From Lytechinus pictus (lineage: Eukaryota): 64,000 nt of DNA. A program made the translations under genes and the position numbers. This document shows, in pieces, positions 51,630-64,000 of this stretch; within the stretch, counting starts at the first letter, position 1; each line of letters begins with the position of its first letter. The notes below the pieces were generated by a model. It was not told the origin of the DNA and did no database searches. It saw nothing but the letters and a program-made list of their open reading frames with translations. The stretch is from NCBI RefSeq assembly GCF_037042905.1, contig NC_087246.1:4652001-4716000 (forward strand). Reading direction: 5' to 3'.

Positions 51630-51839
51630 GTTTTCATAGTAGGGAAGAGTGCGATCGGTACTATAGATACTTGATGAGGTCCAGAAAGAAACAGTATGAA
51701 ACTGATACCAGTGTTTGGCGATCCCCACCAAAGTTACCTGTCAGGCCCAAGTATTTTCAGAGGAGACCTCGTGCTCAGGAAGAGGTTGAGGAGGCAAGGA
51801 AGGTCAACACCGGTTACTACAGAGGTCAAAGTTCAAAAG
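51630..51839 (+). CDS. FAM216-family exon
   Basis: ag|GFHSREECDRYYRYL...GQSSK|gtaaga; phase 1/1. Confidence 0.8.
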
Positions 51840-51889
51840 GTAAGAGTTCATTTTTCTGAAATGATTACTTATTTTTCATTGTTTTTTTT

Positions 51890-52899
51890 TGTCTCGCCTG
51901 CATAGCAGAGCGAGACTAAAGGCGCCGCTTTTCCGACAGCGACGGTGGCGTCGTCAACATTGAAATCTTAACCAAGGTTAAGTTCTTGAAATGTTGTCAT
52001 AACTTCAAAAGTATATGGACCTAGTTCATAAAACTTAGACATAAGGGTAATAGTGTATCACTTAATATCCTGCCTGAGTTTCATGTCACATGTTTAAGGT
52101 CAAAGGTCACTTAGGGTCAACCATCTTTGGCCATGTTGGGGTTATTTGAGGAATTGTCATCATAACTTTAAAAGTTTATGAATCTAGTTCATGAAACTTG
52201 GACATAAGAGCGACCATGTATTCCTAAATATCATGCGTGAGTTTCAGGTCACATGGCCAAGGTCAAAGGTCACTTAGGGTCAATGAACTTTGGCCATATT
52301 GGGGGTATTTGAGGAATTGTCATCATAACTTTGAAATTTTATGGATCTTGTTCATGAAATTTGGACATAAGAGCAATCGAGAATCATTGAACATCTTGTG
52401 CTAGATTCAGGTCACATGATCAAGGTCAAAGGTCATTTAGGGTCAGCAAACTTTGGTAATGTTGGTGGTATTTGTGGAATTGTCATCATAACTTTAAAAG
52501 TCTATGGATTTAGTTCATGAAACTTGGACATAAGAGCAGCAATGTATCCTTGAATACCCTGTGTCTGTTTCAGGAACATGGCCAAGATCAAAGGTCATTT
52601 AAAGGTCAATGAACTCTGGCCATGCTGGGAGTATGTGTTGAATTGGCATCATAACTTTATGGTACTTGCTCATGAAACATCGACATAAGGGTAATCAAGT
52701 ATGAATGATTGTTTTGCACATGTCTTAGGTCACATGATCATGGTCAAAGGTCATTTTGGGTCAATGGACATAATATTTTATTATCATATTAGTGTTTTCT
52801 TCTGTGAATAATTATTCATTAGCTGATTTTCAAAGGAAGCACTGCTGCTATATCAAATTGCATAATGCAGGCGAGACTGCAAGAGGCGTTCCACTTGTT
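51890..52899 (+). mobile_element. HINE family A copy
   Basis: TGTCTCGCCTGC ... GCAGGCGAGAC...CCACTTGTT; ~150-bp internal units. Confidence 0.8.
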
Positions 52900-53360
52900 T
52901 AGACAAAAGCACCATTGTATAGTCGACAATAAAAGTAAGCCCCCCCTTGAGTATTAATAAAAGTAAGTTCTGAAAGCATTCTGAATTTAAAAGATCGAAT
53001 GTTTAATATAAAGTATACTTTCCAATGTGACAGAAAGGTTTTTGTGTACATATTAAAGTGGCTTTTTGATGCTGTAGACCGACTTTATATTAAGATCAAA
53101 ACTGTACTCATAATAGAAGTTATGTACATTATCAAGAGTGACTCTTCATCTCCATCAACATTGAAAACACTTTATACACTGCAAAAATTAGACATGTGAC
53201 TAAAGAAAAATATTCAACTGACCTCTTTTTATTATTCAGTTTTTATTTCCTGGTGTTAATAGTTTTTGTTTATATATAGTATACATATATACATGAATGC
53301 TTATTTAATTTCAATTAAACTTACACTGATCAAACATATCTGATTGTTTGATATTTACAG

Positions 53361-53470
53361 AGAAAGGCTCCAAGGAAAACTTGAGTGATTCAATGGAGAA
53401 GCTAAGTTTGTTCTACAGCACGGACCTCAAGAGAACTCTCCCAAGAAAACGCAAGGACAGTGTGGAATAG
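53361..53470 (+). CDS. FAM216-family last coding exon (model totals 312 aa)
   Basis: ag|EKGSKENLSDSMEKLSLFYSTDLKRTLPRKRKDSVE*. Confidence 0.72.
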
Positions 53471-53617
53471 ACCGGTAATAGTACTTAATCAGGACTAGGT
53501 CAGACTTGTAAGAAAAACAAGTCTGTTTCACAGTACCAACCATATGAGAACTCTCCCATGAAATGCAAGGACAGTGTGGAATAGAAGTGTAAAGGAACTA
53601 AATCAGGCCTAAATCAG

Positions 53618-53885
53618 CAGGGCCCTGGGAATTTTTTTTTTGCAGGGGGTGCTGAATTAAGAAAAAGAAAATTTTCTCTTCATAATGAATGTCAGTTTGA
53701 GAAGCCCCCCCCCCCAAAAAAAAAAAATAATAATAATAAAGAAAAAAAAAGGTTTCAACAAAAAATGTTGGTCATTTTCCTTACATTTCTCCAATTTGCC
53801 ACACCTATCAGAATTCTAGGGAGTGCTGCCTTTGGATAATAATATACGCAGCACCCCCTGGGAAAATCCACTTCCCAGGGTCATG
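53618..53885. mobile_element. Small hAT-like MITE in the FAM216-like 3' UTR
   Basis: CAGGGCCCTGGGAA ... TTCCCAGGGTCATG; degenerate flanks TAAATCAG / TAAGTCAC. Confidence 0.55.
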
Positions 53886-55384
53886 TAAGTCACACTCACA
53901 GAAGAACCTAGTCTGTTCCACAGTTTCAATCATGAACACTGGCATAAATTCAAGTGATGAACCTATTGTTCAGGGGAATGGGGATGAACTATTGTTTCAT
54001 CTCCCCCCACTTGAATAGTATGACATCATGGATTTACTCCCATGACTGTGAGAGAAGGTCATCTGGGTTAAAAGGTCAAATAATATGAGGTCGTGTCCAT
54101 CCTTGAGTTTTTGGTTGGGCTTATTTCTTTATTTCATTAATTTTGATCACACTTGGTACATATGATCCTTGGGTAATACCACATGTGTGTTAATGAGGAT
54201 GATAAGGTGAAAGGTCTACTAGGGTTCAAAAGATCATATTGCATATTTTATTGATCACGATATCAGGTGAGACTCGTGGTTCATTAACCCTCTTGTTTTT
54301 TTTTTCTTGTTTTTTTTTCTTTAGGTCCTTCAGTCTTTCCAGCCTCCAAAATACCCTTGGGGTGTTTTGCAAAGATTTAAGTGTGACTTATAGTTTTATT
54401 TCATTTTTCAGATGCGTGCAGTGTATAAGGCGACTGGGGACCTTTTTTTGTCATTTGTTATGAGAACAGACTAACACCCTCGCACTGTATATGGCCAACC
54501 AGCAGGCACAGGTTTTTTTGCGAATAGACCCTGAAAATCACAAGGATTCCATTGAATACTGCTGGAACTTCTCTCGTTTTATGTAAGTGCAAAAATTAAC
54601 CGAAACACAAATGGCAGGTTACGATCGGAGATTTAACTGCTTCATAGGTTACCACTTTGCAAAATTGAAATGAATACAGGAGAGTTTATTTAAAGGGTGA
54701 GACTTTCAGTCTTGCATGTTTTGTTTCACACATACATTGTGATCTTTGTGATCATTTTAGCGTGTGACGTCTTGATTAGTCTAACAAGCCCTTAAAAAAT
54801 TTAAAAATCTTAAAAAAACTGATAGGTAAAGTGTGTAAAGACTCCTGTCATGTTATGTGCAAAACTGTGACTTTTGTGTGATTTACCGGCATGCAAAATA
54901 ACAAAGTGTAGACCCTACTCTTTATATATTAGAGGACGCGTTTTTACTAAAGTACTTAGACCATGATAGAGCGCCGTGACGTGATTACATGAGTAAACGT
55001 TGCAAGCCGTTCAGGCGGGTCAGCCCTATTCAGGTCAACTCTTTTTCTTAACCTAATAAACCACCCCAGAACTGATTGTAGTGTCTATGTCTCTAAGATG
55101 AATCCATACTTTGAAAAATTCCTACATTATGAACCATGTTAGAAATCAATTGTAAAATGTATTCTTATTTTTCCATATCATATTGCCATGAATTTTATGT
55201 GCCTTGGACATTTTGATCATGCCATACTCAGAAAAATTCAAATTTTAAAAAACCATGTCAGAAATCGAATGTGAAATATATTCTTATTTTTCTATTTTGT
55301 GTTGCTGTGAAATATAGGATAATTATGTGCCTTGGACATTTTGAAATAGATTAAAGTGCCTACAGTATAAATGTAGTTCTGTGT

Positions 55385-55487
55385 CATCGACCTATCCACG
55401 GAGGATTATTCTATTGTTACTGGGGCTTCTGAGTATTGTCACAGCACCCCCAGTAACAATAGATAATCCTCCGTGGATAGGTCCATG
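55385..55487. mobile_element. 103-bp hairpin MITE (CA..TG ends, 8-bp TSD; P- or hAT-like)
   Basis: ~40-bp stem; TSD TTCTGTGT at 55377-55384 and 55488-55495. Confidence 0.85.
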
Positions 55488-58279
55488 TTCTGTGTAAAAT
55501 GCATGTTTGATTTTTTTTTATATAGAAGGTGAACATGTACTGTATGTTCATAGACATTTTTTCATGGCCTTATTCTGTTCTTAATTTATTGCTAATTTGC
55601 TATCCTATTTGAGTGTCCATACATGTAGGATGTCCTGTTTTTTTTTTTTTTTTTACAATTATTGAGTCCATGTAGACATTTTAAAATGCAATTCTACAAG
55701 GTATTTTTTTTTTATTTTTTTTATTGTTTGTATGCATCCAAACAGTTATTCTGAAGGCCCTCTCACATACATATATTGATATTAAAATGATAATGGTAGT
55801 GATAAATAATAATTATTGAAAGTGGGCTCATATACAGTGTTTGACTACCTATAATTGTCATATGTGATACCCCTGTCACTCCACTGCATCATCATCCCAG
55901 TCTTATGAAGGTCCTCCCAACCCTCAAAATTACCTTCTTATTGTAGCATATTTTAGCAGGACTTGAAACAAATCAAATAGAATGTTTTTGTATCAGCAAC
56001 AGTATATATGTCTACAAGGAACTTTGATATACCCTTACCTTCTATGATTTACACATTTAGATACAATTAAGGGTAAACTCATTCAATTGTATTTTCATTG
56101 CATGGTTTGCTATTATAGGCATATAATTATAATTGAAATAATGATAGATGCATATTGTACACAGACATGTAGGGCAAAGATCTATACTCTGCACTCAGAA
56201 CCAGTGTATTTTCCCTTCTTGTTGTAAATATTGATACAGACGTTTAAAACAGTATTCATCTTTTTTTTTTTCAATTTTCCAAAGAATAATTGTATAGAGA
56301 GAATCTATTTTGAATAGATATGAGGTTGTATATGATACACCACATTTTGTTCCAGGAAAATTAAATGCAGATTAGATATTTTCTGAAGTGGCTTTGTTCA
56401 GCATTTTCAGTGCTTGTAGTTCTTTGAAAGTGTACCTTTGAAGGTAAAATATTCAAGAGGAAATATAATGACTGGGGGGAAGTGTGTGAGAGAGAGGGGG
56501 GAGGGGACACCCCATTAATAAATTACTTTTTTGTTTAAAAGTCACAAATGTTGCTATTTTACAGATGCACTCTTTTTCCTGGCATATCTGAACAGGTCAG
56601 TGAATTTACCTGTATGTTTTGTTCTTTTAGAATTAATGCTCATTTGCAGATAGGGCCTTACACAAAACATTGCAATTTTACTGTAGTACTGCATCCACAA
56701 AAAAGTTGCAATATATATTTTTTTTATTAGAAAGCAACATTAGGCCAATTTAAGCACTTTGATTGCATATGAAGATGAATCCATGCATTGATGGTAGTAT
56801 TAATATTTGATGATATAAGAAAATTGTTTCTTTCTTGAAAAATGAGGGGAGGGGATGATTGTACATGCAATCCCTAGCTCTCCGAAAAGTGGGGGTTATT
56901 TCTCCCATCCCCCGGGATTTAAGCCAGTACATAAGAAAGAGAAAGATGGGGTGGGAAGCAAGAAAGAGATGTTTTACAAAAGATCAACATGGATGGATAT
57001 AACTGGAGATTGTAGGGATTGGCATACAGGTAGATGGAGAGAAATAAGAGGTGACAAGAAGAGATACATGTGATGCAACTAGAGGAAAGGGAACTCAATA
57101 CGGAATCTCTCAGACTCAGGATTTGAAATATTGACCAAAATGAACAGGACATTGAGAAAAGATTCTAACATGAACAAAAATTGACCATGAAAATAAAAAT
57201 GAAATTGCCCATGACAAATTTATGTCAAATGTTCGCCACAAAATACAATAAACACTCGACATGTAATATATGTACACTTTATTACTTCTAATTATGAACA
57301 AATTTTCATAACTCTCACTAAAATGATTACTATTTGCCCAATTCCCCTCAACGTAAGTGGTAAAATACTGGTTTGCACCCAACAAACAGGTTGCATGTAT
57401 CAACTTGTAAATAAGATATGGATTGTACTATCTGAACATCTTCAGCTCTGGGAGAGTATGAATTAAACAAAATATTCTAAGTAAATATCACTGGTCAATA
57501 TGTGACTAGTATAACATTGGCAACAACACTCTTTCCATATGAAACAATAAATATTGCTTGTAAACTTAATTTCTCTGCACACAAGGTATGGGATAAAAAG
57601 TCAGAGAAAATTCTTTCCATCAAAGGGCTTAAACAGGGGCGAATGCGCCATCCTATGAGATCTGCTGCATAGTGGGCTCTTCTAACAGACCCCACTGGTG
57701 CTAGAGACTAGTCCTGATACATAAACCATTTCATAAAACAATATTGTGAAGTTTAGTATTATGATGAATGAGAATATTTTGAAGGAAATATCTTTGTTCC
57801 TCAGCAATATTTTTGTGGTTTGAATGTCGTAATGAGTCAAGTTGCCAAATTCTACTGGGTAAATAAGATTACATGATCAATATGAAGTATTCTTGGTAAG
57901 GGTCCAGGTACTGTTTGAGTAGTTCAGAACTCAGCTATTCAATGGATGTTACATATTGCAAATAGAAGCACTGGTTCATGAACAATAACAATTTATTTCA
58001 AATAATTTATAATGATCCAATCTCTCCTAATCCATAATTCTATTATTTATTATCTCTATACATTTACAACATCATTGGAAAGCAGCACTGCTTCAGAAAT
58101 TTTGGTAACAATCGACAAATACTACCATTGGATGATTTTTTTTTACCAATAAAAAGATAAAACTTCTGTACCCTTCATTTTGCCAGGGCAGCAAACAGAC
58201 GAGTCTCACTCAAGTGCATACACAATATTCAATGCATAATCTCAAACAATTGGCAGAGTGTGTCCCATAATAGTGATCT

Positions 58280-58398
58280 GGGGCCTGTTTCATAAAAACT
58301 TGTTAGAATGACAAATATGCAATAACAGTTGAAAGCTACTGAGATCATCCAATGTGATTGGTAAACTTGATATAGAAATTGTGCATGTTATTTTAACC
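58280..58398. mobile_element. Small Harbinger-like MITE
   Basis: CTGGGGCCTGTTTCATAAA ... TTTGTGAAACAAGACCCTG. Confidence 0.5.
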
Positions 58399-59849
58399 AT
58401 TCTTTGTGAAACAAGACCCTGATCAATGTAGGAATATATCTCATGCAACTAGGAATCAAAGTGCAATTCTTAGTCAGATTCAAATCTTTGTGAAACACCC
58501 CTAGAATTCTATAGTACTCTATAGTATTCTATAATAACACTTCCAAAGAAGACAAGTACATTGTTCTTTTTTTTTTTCACATGCTAGCATCGAACCTTCA
58601 TTATATAATATGTGAATCAATCAATACTATTTTTTCCCTTTGTCACAAATTACAAAATTTTGAGCCGTGTGTCAAAATTCACAATATATAATATAATGAA
58701 GTCGGCAATGAATATCTTCTCTATTTCCAAGGAGACACAGATTAACATTAGCTATAGACTTGATATAATGTATATACAATACATAGAAATATATATTTCT
58801 TAAATCTCTCAAAGCTTTCGCAGCTGATGAGTAATATAAAATCATTAATCTTTAACTAAAACATATATAAATAATGTTCAAACTGAAATTCTCATTCCAT
58901 GATATGAAGTAACATTAGGCTTTATTATTAATTCTCCACAACTGAGCCTTACTGGTTGAGAATCTATATTCTACTTGAAAATCAACACAAATACGATGCA
59001 TATCATATGTGAAAAAATAGGGGGTTGGTTGTGATTGAAATATTTCATATTTTTGGCCTAGTGTCATAAAGGTAAGTTCAAGAACAGGTTTAAACCTCTA
59101 AGAGTGTACTGACTTTAACATAAAATCAAGGCAATGTGACAAGCTCTTGCCATCTGATAACCATCTAAATAAAATACCATCTCAAGATAAACATAAAATA
59201 AACCTGTCTTTCCTCTTTTTGAGGCTACTAGTATGATAATTAACAATTACTGATGGTTTCAATCACTTCATGATCTTTGTATGTTGCACCAGTTGGTCTT
59301 ATCTATAAAATCAATTAAACTGTTTGTCATTTGATAAAATATGCAATAATAATGAAGCAAATCTTGGCCCTACGTAGGTGAACAGAAGTGCCAACTCAAT
59401 TTCACCTATATTATGCAAATAATCTGCTTCTGACAACAGTGAGAGTGAATAATGAATGAACTGATGGTAGGACAACTTCTTCGGTCAATTCCAAGACCCA
59501 ATCTATCAAACCCAGGTAAATTTGTGTGATACATTATGAAATCTGTTAATCAAGTTGCAGTTACTGAACAGATGTCGGCAAGAATGAAATACCTTTAAAA
59601 TGGATCATGAAAAATATATAAGAAAAAGTTTATATTTTATTCATTATTTTGAAGTGAATTTTTTTTTTTGTGTGTACAAGAACCTGGCCTTGTCTGATCC
59701 AGTCACATATAACTCTGATGATTTATCTGGAAATTGACATCCGTCTGAAACTGGGAAGTAATTGCTCGCTTTTCATCCGAGATGGTAAGGGGTAAATAAG
59801 GAACATCGCTATATCTTTGGAATGCATCTTTCATTTTTAGCAAGATATT

Positions 59850-59967
59850 TCAGTTCTTTTTGTACTCTATCCTCTCCACTTTGACATCATCCCCTACTAG
59901 CTGGTAGACGTATGTGACAACCGTTGATGATTGGATGTCCATCAGCACAAATGAAGGGACAGTGTTC
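59850..59967 (-). CDS. VPS29: VPS29 retromer subunit, last exon
   Basis: ag|[38 protein letters not shown]. Confidence 0.97.
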
Positions 59968-60844
59968 CTGAAAGACAATGAGGAAAGGTTGAAGGACTCA
60001 ATCTGGTATACACATTATGAGATTTACCAATACAAATGGGAAGAATAAAAGGGCCAAGTACATCACACCTCTATCTCCCCTTCCTATTACACATCTTCAT
60101 TCAAAGTAACCTACTTTTAACTGATCGATGCATAGTATTGAGGCTGCCATTAAACAAAAAATAGAATAAATTCCTTGTTGTAAACTTCCAGCCCCTTTTT
60201 TCTTTGATTATTTATTAATTTTATATTATGTAGTTAAAAACTAGTTATTATTATTATCATTATTATCTATTTATTCTTTTTTTTGGGGGGGGGGGGTGGG
60301 TGGGCTGTAATTAGCGAAAATGTACTCCTTCGAAACATTTCAAGAGAAACATCGCTTTGGCTGCTATTTATTATACCCAACCAGTACTAACCATTGTAAT
60401 GTCAGATTTTCACTCAAGTGAGAGCCATTTAGAAAAAATAAGTCTGCTGCTTGTTTGGAATGACAAAAAAAATACGAAAGTAGCAATTTCTGACTTCAAT
60501 ACAGTTTAGAAGCTAAACAGATTTTCAAAATGGCCTAAAATCAAAATAGGAATGAGAAAAGATAAATAAATACAATAAAATTAAAAACCATTAAGTCTGT
60601 ACAAATTGATTCCAAAAATCTAAATATTAGCCTAAAATTGTCACTCTTCAGACCAGAACATCCAAAACATTTTTTTTCTTCTTGTCTTTATCTACATATC
60701 TCGCCCAATATGAATTGGGCGAGATGGTACAATAAACTACAATCTGAGTGGTCCAAAGAGATTTGACTTAGGCAGCTACACCTGTACATAAATGAATACT
60801 TGGGGTTTGACTACTGATGAAATATTTTAAATTTATATACTTAC

Positions 60845-61080
60845 GAGTCTAGAGCACTGTAGGCCCCTGTAGCCGAGCCAGGATTGATGTAGAATTTCCC
60901 TTCATGCTCATACGCCTCAAATTTATGTGTGTGCCCTGAAATAAGGATGTCTACATCAAGTTGACGCTGTAGCATTGAGAGGCTCTCCACATCACCCCAA
61001 GGTACAACCTGATGACCATGACTGATACCAACTCGGAATTGACCAACAGTTACCACCTTCTGCTCAGGATATGATACCGT
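60845..61080 (-). CDS. VPS29: VPS29 exon
   Basis: [30 protein letters not shown]...[31 protein letters not shown]. Confidence 0.98.
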
Positions 61081-62008
61081 CTGAAAATTAAAACATTCAC
61101 ATATCATAAATGAATAATTGTCCAATGCTCTATCTTTTCATAATCATATCATCTATGATCTATAGACATACCTATCAATCCTGTTATCCCTGAGAGGGAC
61201 AGATGGGAAAAAAAGAGGCAATCAGTCAGTCAGTCAATCAGTCAGAAATCAGTACACACTGATTTTTGACAGAAATAGGTTCACCGTGGTTGAAGCACTT
61301 AGCTATCTCTTTCATACCAAATTGGGACTGTCACTATTAAACCTTGACATGTACATATATGGACAAATCATTTACTGAGTTTCTGTTATACCTTAAGTAT
61401 AAGGCCTATAAAATTGTTAATTTATCGTAACGGATGGGGAATAATAGAGCTGATCGGTTGCTTCTTTATTAGGTACATGTATGGTATCAAAGAGCTAGTA
61501 TATATGGAGATTGAGGGCTGGTCAGGTACAAAGGCCTTCTGATTTACGATGTTCTACCACATGAATCACAAATTGGTAATAGTATGTCACGAATAGACAT
61601 GCTTCTCACTATGGGCACTGAAGAAGAGTGTGACTCATATTTTTGAGAGTTATGCTTTGTTTTCTATCTATGACCAATCATGATTCTTGTCCTATAGTGT
61701 TGACTCTGCGACAATGAAAAGTAAAGCAAACTTTTTCTCTTTATCACAGTTTTGAATTAAAGAGTCCACTCCACTGTGCAGAACAGTGGACTCATGAATA
61801 AAATAGCTTACTTAACCATGGCAACAAGCCTCAATTTGGTGCACATTGTGAAAAAAACATTTCAGTATGTTACGCAGTAAATTAAGCGTAATTTATACAT
61901 GAAATCTGCATAAACCATGGGTTAACCGATGGTTTTCAAAACCACCTTTGTGAATTTGGGCCTATATGTCCTGCTTCTCCTTTTAAATGATAAAACAAAA
62001 TCCTATAC

Positions 62009-62200
62009 CTCATCAAAGTCTCCTTTGACAATATGGACATCACTGGCCAAGGTTTTGAGGTAATCATAAGACTCCTTGGTACAAAGGTTTCCTGTGCATA
62101 GGATGTGCTGGATCTTTCCTGGGACAAGAAGCTTCTTAAACTTGGCTGGCAGGCCACTCTGACGATGGGGAACATGGAGATCTCCTAGGACTAGCACCAA
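62009..62200 (-). CDS. VPS29: VPS29 exon (ATG exon not identified; probably beyond the window)
   Basis: ag|[64 protein letters not shown]|gt. Confidence 0.98.
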
Positions 62201-62566
62201 CTGAAAATGGAATAAAATTACTAAACATCTTGAAAACAAAACAAACTAGATGGATTCTCAATTGCACAGTAAAAAATTATGCCTCTGTCATTGCCAGATG
62301 TGAATGACATTGCATAATTGCTGATATTCTGAAAACCATCAAATTAAGCTAATCGCATGATTGTTAATCTCTTATTCAGTAACATTAAAAAGGTAAGTCT
62401 TTGTATTTATATTGAAAAATACAATCCAACTTTCTTTCATATGAATATAAAAAAGCAAAGTGGAAACTAGCACTTAGAATAACATTGGAGACAAATTACA
62501 TTGGACACTATGTGTACAAGGGCTTCCATTATTGAGATTTTGTGTAGCACATGTTCATCATCTTTA

Positions 62567-62969
62567 AGCCTGGCGCACACTATGTGATTCATTGCAATCC
62601 GAATTTCAAAGAAATTGTAGCAACATTTGATATGAACATTCCAACCAAAAAAATATTAGCGCTTAGAATTCAGAATAGTTGTAGGACTACTGAAATCGCA
62701 ATTTAGTCTAGTTCTAGCCTCCCTGTAGGAATAAAAACAAATTAAATTCCAAATCATACTGATGTCATCATCGGCTGCGACTTGAAGTCAATTTCGACTT
62801 TACTCCGACCACACGGCTTGCCGCAAAGCAAAATCATGATTTCATTATTCCTAACATCACGCTAAACTTCAAATGAAATAAATTTACTTCTTGGAACTTT
62901 CATATTTAATGCAAACTGCGGTTTATTAAAAAATTGTGTCACATCGGATTGCATAGTGTGCGCTGGGCT
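62567..62969. mobile_element. PIF/Harbinger-like MITE
   Basis: TIR AGCCTGGCGCACACTATG / CATAGTGTGCGCTGGGCT; TSD TTA. Confidence 0.8.
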
Positions 62970-64000
62970 TTAGCCATACATTGTATGTGTTCATGTTACA
63001 TCTTCACTGATAACAACCCACCCCATATCATAAATTTCATCTCTCCAGCTGTCTCATTACCCAATGTTTCTGAGTTTACCCTTTTTATACACCCCCCTCT
63101 CTCTCTCCATCTCTCTTACTCACTCTCTCCTCCTCCTCATCCATCTCCATCCACCTTTTTTATCTCTTTCACCTAGGAAGGCAAACACCGTACAGCCCAA
63201 AACAAGGTAAAAACAAGAGAACTAGGTCAGAATTAAGGTTATGGGGAAAAGCCAACAAGAAAATGAAATTTTCAAAGTGATGATTCCATTTGAAGTTGGC
63301 GAGTATAATGTCAAATTCATTGCTTCTTATCTTGTTCGATGAGTGTCAGGAAAGAAATTTAATTATAAATGTGTTTCAGTTAGAGCTCAAACATGTGTTT
63401 AAAATATTTACTTGGTCCAGGTTATGGTAGGCCTATAGACAATTGTATATGTACATATGTTTTGAATGTTTCAAAAGCAAGCGTTGGAAACGTTTGATAC
63501 CCCCCCCCCCTAGAGTATCAGGTGGATGCCATATTTTGTTCAAGTGTTAAAAATATTTCATACTAGCTAAGCATCTTCATACAGGTGTCATAAATAGTTA
63601 ATACTGTGCTTTAGCATTGAAGAATGTAGATGTACAGATGCACAGGAAGTCTTTTGTTATTAAGAATGTGTTGCTTTATGCACTCATCTGCTATTGAAAT
63701 TCTTTGAATTACGTTATAGAAACTTTACAGTTATTCCTATTAACGGTAGGGTATATTAGGAGGTTAGTTTCAGTAATTCAGGGAGAACCACCTAAGCTAG
63801 AATAGACTACAGATGATATTATAGGCAGTCCAAGTTAAAACTGAGGGACTACGTCGGTGACGAGATAACGACCCCAGCTGCCACCGGTTCTCCACCGACA
63901 TGATTTGTCATAATTCATGTCATCATTGGGGGCTCGATCTCGTCCACTAATTCGTTGAAGCCACATCTCTGATCTGGGGGCTACTCATCGAGGGGCAACA

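Noticed and set aside
57670..57711. Helitron 3' end (hairpin plus CTAG)
   Set aside because: No 5' end or second copy in the window to support it.

Overview
AT-rich, intron-containing animal DNA; the repeat content suggests an echinoderm such as a sea urchin (inference). Four protein-coding genes are supported: the last seven exons of MTO1 (+, 72-9935), a single-coding-exon C2H2 zinc-finger gene (+, 31460-33715), a six-exon FAM216-family gene (+, 46991-53470) and the last three exons of VPS29 (-, 62200-59850). FAM216 and VPS29 are tail-to-tail, as in human. The main feature is a 14,940-bp Foldback-type element (15398-30337). It has a perfect 8-bp target-site duplication (GAGAGTTA), Merlin-like GGTAA termini and ~370-bp near-identical outer inverted domains. 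Its asymmetric inverted arms are arrays of a ~120-bp G-rich unit (~41 vs ~13 copies) that repeats the terminal motif. Its ~7-kb core is nested TE debris with no visible transposase. The element appears to lie in the 5'-UTR intron of the zinc-finger gene. The rest of the window holds MITEs, Helentron-type repeats, LINE fragments and a tRNA-derived SINE. All calls were read by eye, without database searches.
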